Shown here: in pieces, positions 51,865-64,000 of the stretch
How positions within the stretch are numbered: the stretch's first letter is position 1
Layout of the letters: every line of letters starts with the position of its first letter
From: Octopus bimaculoides
Taxonomy: Eukaryota
DNA length: 64,000 nucleotides
Assembly (NCBI RefSeq): GCF_001194135.2
Contig: NC_068989.1
Coordinates: forward strand, 60,167,294-60,231,293
Direction of reading: 5' to 3'
Translations under genes and position numbers: made by a program
The notes under the pieces: generated by a model
Databases searched by the model: none
What the model saw: the letters and a program-made list of their open reading frames with translations, nothing else
Told to the model about the DNA's origin: nothing

Positions 51865-52580
51865 CGCTCCAGTATAAATTAATCAGTCAAGTATCAAATT
51901 AATAACTCAAATTCAAAATTCAAAATTCAATACTCCAGCATAAAATTATTCAAACAAGTAGAAAATTAGAAACTCCAGTATGAAATTGCTCATTCAAGTA
52001 TAAATTATTTACTCCCTTATAAATGTATCATCACCGTATAAAACTAATCACTCCAGTATGAAATCAATCATTTGAACATAAGACTAGTCACTCCAATGTA
52101 AAACCAATCACTTGAATATAAAATCTATATCTCCAGTATAAACCATCAGACCCATTATAAAATCGATCATTCTAATATGAAATCAATCTCTCTCCAGTAT
52201 AAGGCAATGTTTTCAGTATATAAATAAACACCACAATATAGAACAAATCACTCCAATATAAAATCGATAATTCGAACATACAATCAATCACACAATTATC
52301 ACTCAAATTCTATCGCTCCAGTATGGAATCAATCACCCCATTATAAAATCAGTTACCCCGACGTAAAACCAGTACCCCTAATGTGGAATTAATCACGTCA
52401 ATATGAAATCAATATTTCCAGTATATAATCAATTATAATATTACTCATTCCAATATAAACAATCATTCCAATATACAATCAATCGCTCCTATACGGAATC
52501 AATTGCTTCTGTATAAAATTACGCATTCCAATATAAGATTATTTACTCATGATAAAATCAATATCTCCAATATGAACTTA
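51865..52580. repeat. Degenerate ~20-bp minisatellite, consensus ~CACTCCAGTATAAAATCAAT
   Basis: Recurrent ctccaRtat..aatcaatc every ~20 bp, about 30-35 units. Confidence 0.8.
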
Positions 52581-54450
52581 AAACAATAACTAAAGAAGGC
52601 GGCGCTAGACAATAATAGATAATCCAGGGAATTAATTTTTTAATAGTGTTGTCACAAACAAGTTCAGGAATCGAATGGCAGAATGGAATCTCACGAAATT
52701 ATTATTGTTTTCTGTTAGATAAAATATTGATGCCACAATTGATATATTTTCGGTAAATATATTAATGAAGAAATTAAAACTAATTAGAGAAAGGACACTG
52801 AATCACAGAGAAATTATATAAGAAAAATGTGTCTTTATATATATAAAAATGTGTCTTTATATATAAATGTTGTCGGCGGAAAGTGACACCATTCCAGTCA
52901 TGTTCATCCCTTCTTAATTTCAGACATGAGGATATTCTTGTCAAGATGCACTGTGTAACATTACTTTTTAATGATCGTTGTGTGATTTGTAAAATGTCGA
53001 GCAACCAGAATGAGGCTCGCACGTCTGTTCGTCTATTGCTTGGTTACTTAAAGCTGTACACACCATAAACAGACTGAACAATTTTCTCATGGAACAATCT
53101 GCTAGCATTGACTTTATATGTTTCGTTTACAAGTTATGCTGGTTTCATATGCTACTGGATGTTCAATTTGTTCATGCACAATGTTGATCTCGATTAACCA
53201 CCCTGTCTTTGTTTTCAGATTGAACATTTTATAGTGTCTCTATAGTTTACTGTTCCTGGTTGTGGGCTCTCAGCTCAGTGAGGGAGTGGTGGGGAGACCG
53301 TTATAACACACGGTGTGTCTTAGGTATATCTAGCCCCGGAGGAGCCCATCTTTTTCTAATCTGGACGCAACTGATTTTTCTAGAAACCGCGATAGACAGA
53401 TAGAGAAACATATCGAAAAGCGGAGAGAATGATATTTAAACACAGAGCTGGAACGATTACTACAAAGCAATCTGATCGACGCATTAATGGCTGCCAATTG
53501 GCCCCGTTTTGTGACTTTTTTATTCGAGGTTGACTGTACAAGACTTGAACATATTGAATCTATAAGTTGTTCATTATTTATATTGTAGAGATATCTGTTT
53601 TTTGGAATATGGGAATATGCTAGCGATGGGGCATAGTGACTATATAATTGCTGAAATGTATTATCAATGTATTGAGAGTAACTGCTGACTTTGGAAGCTA
53701 TTTATATGTACAAATTTCACAGATTACCTCATAAAACAATCAAAGTTTCATGATGTCATGACATTTTTCAATTTCAAAGACAATTCCCACTTGTTGAAAC
53801 AAACGAGTGAAATTAAATAGCTATCATGTATCTTATTTCGTCTGCTTCGTCATAAGGCTAATAAGCCAAAATCATCAAACTTACTCTTCCTTTGTGGCAT
53901 ACCACTACTACAGAATGTAATGATATATACATTGAGTTCGAATGCGGTCTATTCAGTTTTTTATTCCTTTTGTTTTTAACTGAAATAAATAACATTTAAT
54001 ATAAAAGTGTGTACATTTATTTTTAACATGCCCCTATACACTAGAACGTGAAAGGGGTTCGCTGCCGGATTTTTTCTCGGCTAAATATATCTGCTTATAG
54101 ACTTTGTGTGTAGCTTGGAAGTGATATCAATAAGTGACGTCAGCAAGCTAATAGTCACGGTGTTTTGGCATGAATTTACCTCTCAAAAGGCATACACACC
54201 TCGGTCATTTGGAGAAAAGCTATAAAATTTCTTCCTATATATAGTGGAAAAAAAAAGCAAATAATACATTTGCTGGTGCATACTGGCCAAGATGAGATTA
54301 ATTTAGTGTAAGCATACGGTGTTACAAGAGAAAATAAGAAGGCATACATTATTTTGAACACGCTCCTACACACATGAACGTAGAAGACATTTGCTGCAAG
54401 ATTTTATTTCATTTACGAATTTCCGTCTATATGTTTTTAGGGTAAAAATA

Positions 54451-54976
54451 CATGTGCCAAGTGCCATCCATACAGTTCACAATGGAAAATTGTGTATAGC
54501 TGATCATGTATGGAAATATGGAGACCACCTCCCCCTGTGGGATGAAGTTAAAATAATAGACAGAACACCTCTGGAAAATACGAAATCTAAAAGAAGCAAC
54601 ACATATGCTAATACACAACAACCTCCTAAGCAGACAGAATGCAGATATGGGAACCGATATTAGGGAAGGATAGGAAAATATTAGATTTATAAGCCCTAAA
54701 ATTCACTCCAGAATTGCCCATGGGCATATGGTATAGTGGTTAAGAGCGCGGCCTGCTAACCCCAAGATTCCGAGTTTGATTCCAAGCAGTGAGCTGAATA
54801 ATAATAATAATAATATCGATAAATACCTTAGGAATGAGAACCCAGGTTCGAAATTTCCCCAAGACACCTGATAATGACCGAAACGTTGTGTTAACAACAA
54901 ACAAATAAGCTGAAGACAAATATTTGTCAAATGTAAATAATGTATATAATTCCTCATCTCTTAAATATAGAACTGT
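54451..54976 (+). mobile_element. Penelope-like element, second copy of the 32549-33216 family
   Basis: IADHVWKYGDHLPLWDEVKIID; same tRNA-like module and same terminal sequence aattcctcatctcttaaatatagaactgt. Confidence 0.85.
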
Positions 54977-56291
54977 ATTAATATATGTAGTTGTTGAAAT
55001 ATTTATTCGCTACTTATGCATATATTTTTATAAAAAATCGTCAGTTCTTCTATGACAGAAATTACATAAGATCCCATGCTGTCTCGTCATACCGTGTAAC
55101 TATCTGTTTCAATTTGTCTTCATTGAAAGTTCGATTAGATCTGTGATTTCGACAAAAGTTCCCCCTCGATTAGTAGTCAAAATGATTGTATAACAAAATT
55201 CTTCAGACTAAATAAAATCACTTTTGGTAAGAAATATTACTCACGAAGTTAAAGTGCATAATATAAGAGGGCATCAAATTGGATGCAATAAGTAGCAAGC
55301 CTAACACGCCGCCCGGGTAAAGTTCTGCACTTAGTTTTTGGGTGCTTTGGTAGATTTCTGCAAAATGAAGCTTTGTGATATATATCAGATAATTGTTAAA
55401 TCACATTCGATGTGTTACTGGTCAAGATCAGTCATGATTGATTAAGGCAATTAAATTAGTAGGAATAAGGCTGGATTCGATAGCACATTCCTTCTTGTCT
55501 CCTTCGTCTGTCTTGCACACACACAAATCCCCCACCCTCTCTCTCTCTCTCTCTCACACATACATTTATGTAATGATCGTCGAGGGACATAGTTTCTTAT
55601 TCATTATTAAGTTTTGTCTGCATCCTGTTTCCATATTGTTTTTAGAAGATTTTCACATTATTTCAAAACTATTTCTCTCATTAGTATTCATTGTTACTTT
55701 TGCTATTACTGTTTCAATTGTCCATCGAAATCTATTTAATGTTTGACTACTGTATATTTACCAAAACACATACAATGCTGAGTTAATTACTGAGCCAATT
55801 AAATAAACACTAGTGCATTAATTGTAGTTATTTTACAAAACCCATGAGTACGATGGACTAAAGTCATACCAAAATGGTTTGAAACAGGAAAAATGAGGCA
55901 CTGAAATAGATACAATTTCTTGTATATCGGGACCTTCTCGCCCCACACTTACACATATGTACACACAGACACTCAAAAACACCCATGCGCGCATACACAC
56001 GTATCAATCAATAAAGCAATAAATCAATCGCTATTTATCGCTATTTGTGAGTTCATTTAGATGATTATTTCTAACTATATTCATTCAAGAATGAATGATT
56101 ACAATTACTAATATTAGTAAGGGATGCAAAGGAGGCCTCAATTGGGCTGGTATCAAAAGGATTAACTTTTTTGTTGCCATCCCGCCTCACACTGTCCTTC
56201 TACGATACAAAGTTCCTGACTTGAAGTGATTTACGAGATTATAACGTTCTATTAAAATTTCATGTTAATCTACGTTCCAAATACCAGTTTG

Positions 56292-56480
56292 ATATTGGGT
56301 TCAAATTTTGGCACAATGCCAACACTTTCGGGGACGTTGTAAGTCGATTACATCGATCCCAGTATTTAACTGGTATTTATTTTATCGATCCCGAGAAGGG
56401 ACAGTACAGTTGACCTCGGCGGTATTTGAACTCAGAACGTAAACACGGACGAAATTTCGCTAAGCATTTTGCCCAGCGTG
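56292..56480 (-). mobile_element. SINE-B copy
   Basis: aagtcgattacatcgatcccagtatttaactggtatttattttatcgatcc..gtatttgaactcagaacgt. Confidence 0.8.
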
Positions 56481-56851
56481 TTTGAGTGGACATAGAGTCA
56501 CGCACAGTAAGCACAAGAATGAGCGTCGGGAGTAGCATGTGCTTCATCACTTCGTGGCTTCGCAGTCGTAGGAAATGAGCAATTACCTTCTACCATAACC
56601 AAAATCTTGAGAGTGAATTTGACAGAAACTATATTAGCTTGTCTGATAGATTTTTCTTGTCTGCAGTTGTAACCTTAACCAGTCATCCAGTTTAACGTAA
56701 TCACAAAGCATGTAAATGACTAACCGAGATATGTTCTGCTATAAGTATTAAACGAGATCTGTTTCAAGATTACTTCCACCCTTTTTGTCACCTGTCTTAG
56801 AGAGTCTGAAAAGTGTCACGGGCGCTATTTTTCTTTCCCTGACTAAGACAT

Positions 56852-56907
<56 letters not shown>

Positions 56908-57172
56908 GCATATTGAAATGTGTACATAATTACTTTTTTAATTCACACCTCTGTAGTTCAAAATATTTTCCCATCTAATCGTGTTCAAGTAGCCTCTCGG
57001 TAAAAGTAATAATGTTAGATAAGCAAAGAAATATACCATTAATATAATCGATTAAGCCATAGTTGCCAAGTATGCCTCCAAGAATTCTAATTTAAAGGAC
57101 TGAAATGGGAGATGGTTGTAACATTTTCAGTATTCTGATTTTCGGTAGATAAAATCTTCTTTTGGTACATGC

Positions 57173-57559
57173 TTGTTGTTGTTGGCACTCCATCGCTTAC
57201 TACGTCGAGAGTTCCAGTTGATCCGATCAACGGAACAGCCTGCTCGTGAAATTAACGTGCAAGTGACTGAGCACTCCACAGACACGTGTACCCTTAACGT
57301 AGTTCTCGGTAATATTCAGCGTGACACAGTGTAACAAGGCTGACCCTTTGAATTACAGGCACAACAGAAACAGGAAGTAAGAGTGAGAGAAAGTTGTGGT
57401 GGAAGAGTACAGCAGGGTTCGCCACCATCCCCTGCCGGAGCGTCGTGGAGCTTTAGGTGTTTTCGCTCAATAAACACTCACAACGCCCGGTCTGGGAATC
57501 GAAACCACCATCCTATGACCGCGAGTTCGCTGCCCTAACCACTGGGCCATTGCGCCTCC
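57173..57559 (-). mobile_element. SINE-A full-length copy
   Basis: Tail and head present; TSD cttttggtacatg/cctttggcacatg (11/13). Confidence 0.93.
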
Positions 57560-57906
57560 GCCTTTGGCACATGTAATGAAGGCGAAAAAAGCAAGAGAGA
57601 GAAAATAGATGTAGAGAGGAAGGAGAGAGGAAAGAATGATTGCCCATAATACTTCTAGTGTTCATAATTTTGATTGGGAGATTGAGTTTCTAATGATGGT
57701 ATATATTAGGATGTTTATTATATGTTAATGAGTAATGATTACTATACGTTAAAGACTAATAATTATGTATTAATGACTAATAATCATTAAATGTTAATTA
57801 CAAATGATATCTATGCCAATGACAAGTAAGTTTTATACTCTAATGACTAATATATTAATATTTTCTAAGAGAGATGAAACAATTATTATTTGCAAGGAGA
57901 AAAAAG

Positions 57907-59392
57907 TGATAGCTTGCAGAATTGTTAGCACGGCGGGCAAAATGATTGGCGGTGTTTTATTCGTCTCTACATCCTGAGTTCAATTTCTGTCGAAGTTGAC
58001 TTTTCTTTCCGGTTCGATAAAATAAATTCTATTGGGTTAGCAACTAAGTTCTCGCCGTTTAAAAAAAAATTTGTAATTTATTGCGTTTTAAATTTTGGAA
58101 TCTATTTTTTCGAGACGAGAATTCTATTTTTGAATCATTTTGACTATTTTGTTTTTTTTTCTAGTTAATTTTAGTTAATTTTTGTTTATTTTCAGATCAT
58201 TAAGAAAAACGAGCATTTTCGACACCTCCTTCTTTTTGCTTTAAATCAAGGTTCTAAGGCCGCAAAAGCTGCTCGCGACATTTGTGCTGTGTATGGAGAG
58301 GGTACTATTGCTGAAAGAACCGCTCGTGATGGTATGCCGCATTCAAAAATGGAAAGTTTGACCTCAAAGACGCATCTCGCTCTGGACGTCCAGTTGAGTT
58401 CGATGAAGAGGGATTAAACCAACTTTTGCACGAAAACTCTCGTCAAACGACAAGGGGAACTGACAGAGAAAATGGAATGCTCTCACACTGCTATAGTGAA
58501 GAATCTTCACTCGATGGGAAAGGTTCAGAAGTATGGAGCATGGCTTCTGCATGCTTTAAGTGACAACAACAAAAATCAGCGAGCCACAATCTCTGTTGGC
58601 TTACTTGCCCGTCACTGCTCAACTCATGGACACAAGCAACGATTTCTTCACCGAATCGTTACCGGCGACGAAAAATTGGTGCCTGTACATCAATATGAAG
58701 CAGCGTAAGAAATGGCTTAGCCCCGGTAAACAAGCGACACCGCGCGTGAAACAAGATCCTCATCCGCGTAAAACGATGTTGTGCGTATGGTGGGACTGGG
58801 AAAGGATTATCCATTACAAATTGCTTGAACGGAACCAAGCGGTCAACGCGGAACTCTATGTTCAACAGGTGGAACGACACAACACGGCTATTCAAGAGAA
58901 AATACCTAATCGGCAGCATGGAGTTCTTCTGCTGCACGACAACGCCCGCCCTCATATCGCCAATATGACCAAGGAAGCTATTCAAACGCATGGCTGGGAA
59001 GTGGTGCCACACCCGCCGTACTCTCCTGATTTGGCACCAACGGATTTCCACCTCTTTCGATCTCTTTCAAATGCTATGCGCGGAGTTTCGTTTAATACTG
59101 TTGCAGAATTGAGAGCTTGGTTGGATCAATTTTTCGAGTCGAAATCGGATGAATTCTACTAACGAGGTATTGAAAATCTTGTTGAACGTTGGGAAGAAGT
59201 TGTAAACAACAAGGGTGAATACATTATTGATTAATTAATTGTTATATTTTATTAAACCTTTTAAAAAATTTAAATTTAGAAAAACAGCGGTAACTTAGTT
59301 GCCAACCCAATAGTTGAACATTGGGGTCGATGTAATCGACTAACTCCTTCTCCCTAAATTGCTGGCTCTGTGCTGAAAGCTGAAACCATTAC
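57907..59392 (+). mobile_element. SINE-B copy split by mariner (57907-58029 plus 59313-59392)
   Basis: ..ttcgataaaataaattc|TA..TA|gttgaacattggggtcgatgtaatcgactaac reconstitutes the SINE-B consensus across the insertion. Confidence 0.8.
58032..59310 (+). mobile_element. Full-length mellifera-like mariner, inactive transposase (~58196-59234)
   Basis: TIRs TTGGGTTAGCAACTAAGTT../TTGGGTTGGCAACTAAGTT.., TA TSDs; WLLHAL, TGDEK, HDNARPH, YSPDLAPTDFHLF (D,D34D); about three frameshifts and a stop at 59160. Confidence 0.95.
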
Positions 59393-59585
59393 TTGAAGAA
59401 AAATATAGAATATGCGCATTATATAAATGAACAATGACATAATTAGAATAACTTCGCTTTTAGCTCCAAGCAACCTAGAGAAATTATCTGATTCTAGAGC
59501 CTTTATAATTAATTGTTTTATTTCACTATTATTTTCATTCTTGAAAGAGAAAATATTTAAGCTGTATCGAGATATTCACATCCTC

Positions 59586-59870
59586 CTACAGCTCTGTCTT
59601 AATCCATTATATTAATTCCAGATAGTTCTTCAGTTGCCATTTAAAGTATCAAACTCCAAATTTTCTTTTCTATTAAAGATAGGTTTACTGTTTGATACGT
59701 GAACAGCATTAACTAACACGTAGAAACTGTAAAATTACAAGAGTGATTTTTTTAATGATTGTTTCTGAAGTTGAATTATGGAGGGCGGGCTTGAATAATG
59801 TTATTTGGTTTTCAATTAGTGCTATGGAGCTTAAATTATTTTGGAATGTTGATTTTCTCAAAGAATTTAA
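59586..59870. repeat. Copy 1 of a ~285-bp direct repeat
   Basis: About 80% identical by eye to 61142-61430. Confidence 0.8.
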
Positions 59871-60780
59871 ATTAAGCAGAAATACCCCATATGCGGAGAA
59901 TTTTAATACCGTAGAAATCTGACTCAATAGCTCACTGTCGATCCCCTGTTGTTAGTATTCCATTTGGGTGGGGGGGATCCTCTGAGAGAAGCATGAATAA
60001 CACATCTAATTTCCCAATTTTGCTTCATGACTAAATGGAAAACCTGCATGACACTTCTCTTGTAGCGCTTCTTTAAAACATATTAGCAGTGACCAGGAGC
60101 ACTGTCTAGAAACAAGAATACTTTCAGAAATGTAGAAACGTCAGTTCAAAGTGGTCAAAATGTATGATTTGATGTTGATGAAAAGATTTCAAATCCGCAC
60201 TTCATTAGGTTCTGGATCAAGAAGTTTACATACATTTACTACACACTAATTATGAGACAGTGATAGCTGGTTGAGTAGTAATGATTTTATTATGGTTGCC
60301 ACCAAAGAACGTAAATGCTGAAGTTTGAAGTGAAATGGTGAGATCAATTCAGATCGATTTAACATTTGAAATTTTTTGCGGAGAACTTAGCCTTTAGGTT
60401 TGTGCCGCAAGTATGTTTGGTGAGCAATTTACACTTCGGAAATATTGCTTTAGTGAAACAATGTTAAATTTGTATTTTTTTTTCTCTTGCGTATATATGA
60501 CAAGAGATGATAATAGGGGAGAAAATGGAAGGTGACAGAGAGCAGACAGAGAAAGAGAGAGAGAGAGATAGAAAGAGAGGAGTGAAAATAATAATTCTGT
60601 TGTCCTTTTTGACTTTGGCTTGAGAGTTTGGATTTGAAATGACTGTAAACAATTTTAATGGTCCCTGTCAATGACTAATATATCAAAGAGTTTAACATAC
60701 CATATAATGTAAATGAAAAGAAAATCTTAACATAAAATATAAAATATGCTTATTACTTATATAAACTATGAAAATTAAAA

Positions 60781-60996
60781 TTCTTTTCTTTTCTAGGCAA
60801 AAGGCCCGAAATTTTGGGGGAGGGGGGTCAGTCGATTAGACCGACCCAGTACGCAACTGATACTTAATTTATCGAATTAGAAGGGATGAAAGGCATATTC
60901 GACCTCGGCAGAATTTGAACTCAGAACATAAAGACAGACGAAATACTGCTAAACATTTCGCCCGGCCAGCTAACGTTTCTGTTAACCAGCCTCCTT
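60781..60996 (-). mobile_element. SINE-B complete copy
   Basis: ctaggcaaaaggcccgaaattttggggg..gacccagtacgcaactgatacttaatttatcg..gaatttgaactcagaac. Confidence 0.85.
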
Positions 60997-61141
60997 GTAT
61001 GACAATTAAAATTACAGACTGGCTTTTACCTTCAGCCACCGAGTGTATATATCTGATTCAAGAGCCTGCATTTTATTTCATTATCCTCTTTATTCTTCAA
61101 ACTAAAAATAAAAATCATTGTTACGAAGTCTTTTCATTTTT

Positions 61142-61430
61142 CTACAGCTTTGCCTTAATTCATTATATTAATTCCAGATAGTTCTTATGTTACTTCTTAA
61201 AGTATCAGACTGCACATTTCCTTTTTTATTAACGATAGGTTTACTGTTTGATACGTGAGCAACATTAACTAACACAGAGAGAATGTAAAATTGCAAGAGA
61301 TATTATTTTTAATGATTGTTTCTGAAATTGAATTATAGAGGACGGGCTTGCATAATGTTATTTGGTTTTTCAATTAATGTTATTGAGCTTAAACTATTTT
61401 AGAATGTTAATTTTTGTAAAGAATTTAAAT
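61142..61430. repeat. Copy 2 of the ~285-bp direct repeat
   Basis: Shares gataggtttactgtttgatacgtga and ataatgttatttggttttcaatta exactly with copy 1. Confidence 0.8.
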
Positions 61431-62133
61431 GCGGTAGAAACGCATGCAAAACAAACTTTTGTCGATTCAACAAATCACGGTTGTTCCCCCAACTGTCACA
61501 ATTTCCTTTTATTTAGTGGGGGAAAATCGTTAGAAAAATAACGAGCAGTAAAATTCTAATTTCGGTTTATGCTTCAAGACTAAATGAAAAATATATGAGA
61601 AACTATTTCAGTAGTCGCTTTCGAATATATTAACCGTTACAATGACTACAGTTGAAAAACCGGTATAAAAGTGCTTTAGATGCATGAGTTACTGTGGATG
61701 AAAATGAGATATAAGATTGTAAATCAGGTTAACATTGATGGAAAGAAAAAGCCTACTAGAATATTTAGAGAACAGCACAGAGTCTGGCTCAGAGTCATTA
61801 AACAAATTCTAGATATTGTGACTGAGTGCATAACCTTAGGTCAACCTTGATCAAAGATACCTGGAGTTAGAGAGATTCCGGCCAGGAACATCTCTTCCTT
61901 CTCTCCTTCATAGATTATCTACTGTGTTATGTTCTATTATGTCGTTCTTATTTTTTCAAGAGAGTTGAAGGTGATTTGAGAGAGATTTAGCTGTTGTTTC
62001 TAGCAGGTTGGGCATCCACGTAAATGTACACCCTTTTCGACTCGAATAATTACTAGTCAAGTAATTAGCGTGATTTAATACATCACAAATGACTAGGTTT
62101 CTGATGCAAAAAATTATTGCTTTTTTTTAAAAG

Positions 62134-62353
62134 AAGGTGGCTTAGTGGCGTCGTTAGAGCGCCGGGACAATGCTTTGCGGTATTTAATCCGGCTCTTTAC
62201 ATTCTTAGTTCAAATTCTATCGAGGTAAGCTTTCAATTCCATCCTTCCAAGGTCGATAAGATAAAGTAATCGACAAGTACTGGAACAAATTTAATGAACT
62301 AACCCCAGGCCGACTAAATTTCAGGTTCTTTGCTTATTTCAGAAACAATTATT
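62134..62353 (+). mobile_element. Degenerate SINE-B copy
   Basis: aaggtggc..tcgttagagcgccggg..agttcaaattctatcgagg..ccatccttccaaggtcgataag. Confidence 0.7.
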
Positions 62354-62732
62354 ATATATTATTAACAATCTTCTATCACTAAATATTGTGTTTGAATTTA
62401 ATTGATGAGAAATTGCCAAAAACAATTTTTTTTTCATTTTGTTATGAAATATGTACAGGATATTGCAAGTAAAAAAGAGTCAACTGACTCAACAAACTGA
62501 GTTCTCAGATGTATTGGCCTAAATTTCTTCTGAAATATTTTCAGGATATATTTCTGCATGTCTGGAATTTAAGAAATTCCATGGAGCATTGAAGTTTTTA
62601 GTTACGTCTTTTTTCACGTTTGGAATTCGAATCCTTCCTAGATAGACTTTACACTTCATCCTTTTTGTATCGATAAAATAAGTAGTAGCCATGTATACGG
62701 ATCGATTTACGCGGTCACCCCACTGCCAAAAT

Positions 62733-63106
62733 GTGGAGGCGCAATGGCCCAGTGGTTAGGGAAGTGGACTCGCGGTCATAGGATCGCGGTTTCGATTCCC
62801 AGACCGGGCGTTTTAAGTGTTTATTGAACGAAAACACCTAAGGCTCCGGCAGCGGATGGTGGCGAACCCTGCTGTACTCTTTCACCAGAACTTTTTCTCA
62901 CTCTTACTTCCTGTTTCTGTTGTGCCTGTAATTCAAAGGGTCAGCCTTGTCACACTGTGTCACGCTGAATATCCCCGAGAACTACGTTAAGGGTACACGT
63001 GCCTGTGGAGTGCTCAGCCACTTGCACGTTAATTTCATGAGCAGGCTGTTCCGTTGATCGGATCAACTGGAACCCTCGACGTAGTAAGCGACGGAGTGCC
63101 AACAAC
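62733..63106 (+). mobile_element. SINE-A copy with a short internal deletion, next to a SINE-B remnant (~62600-62730)
   Basis: Head gtggaggcgcaatggcccagtgg; lacks aagctccacga; ends gtgccaacaac. Confidence 0.92.
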
Positions 63107-64000
63107 TTACAAATTTAAATGTTCAAATAAGCTAGAATAGTAGTTATACCTCTGATCGTAGGTTTTTCTTCTCGATCTGGGTTTATCTAGGGCTAATAAA
63201 CAATACTTTTGAAAAGCTTTGAATAATTGTGTTTTTGTTGTTTTAACGAATGGAAATGTTTAGTACCTTTAACTTGTAATTGATACATGTACAAATGTTT
63301 GCCAATGCTTCAATAGTTTTTGAACAGTCAATGATCTATTCTGATCAAAGAATCCACCATCTTATTATTCTTCTTCGACAGATGAAGTTGTCAACACACA
63401 AATCAAATAAAATGTGAGTAATTTATCTCTTCAACAGTTCAGTGCAGCTAAAATAGTCGATTCTATTTCTGTAGTGCTAGATACACATGCATATCTAATT
63501 CATTTGCATATAGAAGGAAATGATTTCACCCCCAGACATTGAGTCAATAACAATGCCTACGTTACACATGAAAGTAAACATTTAGTCCTTGAAGTAATTA
63601 TTCTCATCAATGAATTTGAGTATAAAATTACTTTTCCTAAAAGGAAAGTTGGTTGGAATGCTGGTCTTTTATACATGATTAAACAGGAATGATACGGCAT
63701 CGATATCAAGCTTTTAAAATTTAAATTGAACTGCTTTAATTATGTGGGCGATAAAATCTTGCTAACACAATCTTAGCAGGAGTTTCTATTTAAATTGAAA
63801 TATAGGCCACATTGTGTATCAGACAGAAGCAAATTACCACAAATCGAGCAGTGTTGATACATGAAAATATTAGACGGTGAACACGAGCTGATAAACAGTA
63901 GAATAAATAATCAGAATGGCGGGGAGAATTCCTTCAGGTAGTTATTCTGGATCTCTAATCTTTGAGTTCAAATCCTACCATGCCTGTCATAATTCTGTTG

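Noticed and set aside
58140-58200. Polypyrimidine tract plus CAG before the mariner ORF, suggesting an intron-containing transposase
   Set aside because: The ORF from 58196 is already about 345 codons, the normal mariner length; an ATG-to-ATC point mutation explains the missing start.

Overview
This is AT-rich, microsatellite-saturated eukaryotic DNA with many N-gaps. The repeat families and microsatellite load look like a coleoid cephalopod (Octopus-type) short-read assembly; this is pattern recognition, not a database result. I cannot support any host protein-coding exon, so the window reads as intergenic or deep-intronic. Most ORF-track entries are translations of (CA)n/(TA)n/(TACA)n repeats or N-runs. 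Recognisable content is transposon-derived. It includes three abundant tRNA-headed SINE families (my labels SINE-A, -B, -C) and five Tc1/mariner relics from four lineages (irritans-like x2, rosa DD41D, cecropia-like, mellifera-like). It also holds a Gypsy integrase relic, two Tx1/L1-like fragments, a CR1-like LINE, and several Penelope-like (PLE) fragments. The best leads are: (1) a PLE whose two copies both carry a tRNA-like Pol III module between the GIY-YIG end and a terminal repeat, which in one copy contains a decayed hammerhead ribozyme; (2) a 34-bp minisatellite built around the CRE palindrome TGACGTCA; (3) a 159-bp near-perfect palindrome; (4) a CR1-like LINE with a Myb/SANT-like N-terminal ORF and no visible endonuclease; (5) a Tx1 insertion with a 16-bp TSD inside a SINE tRNA head. 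Several nested insertions give a relative chronology.
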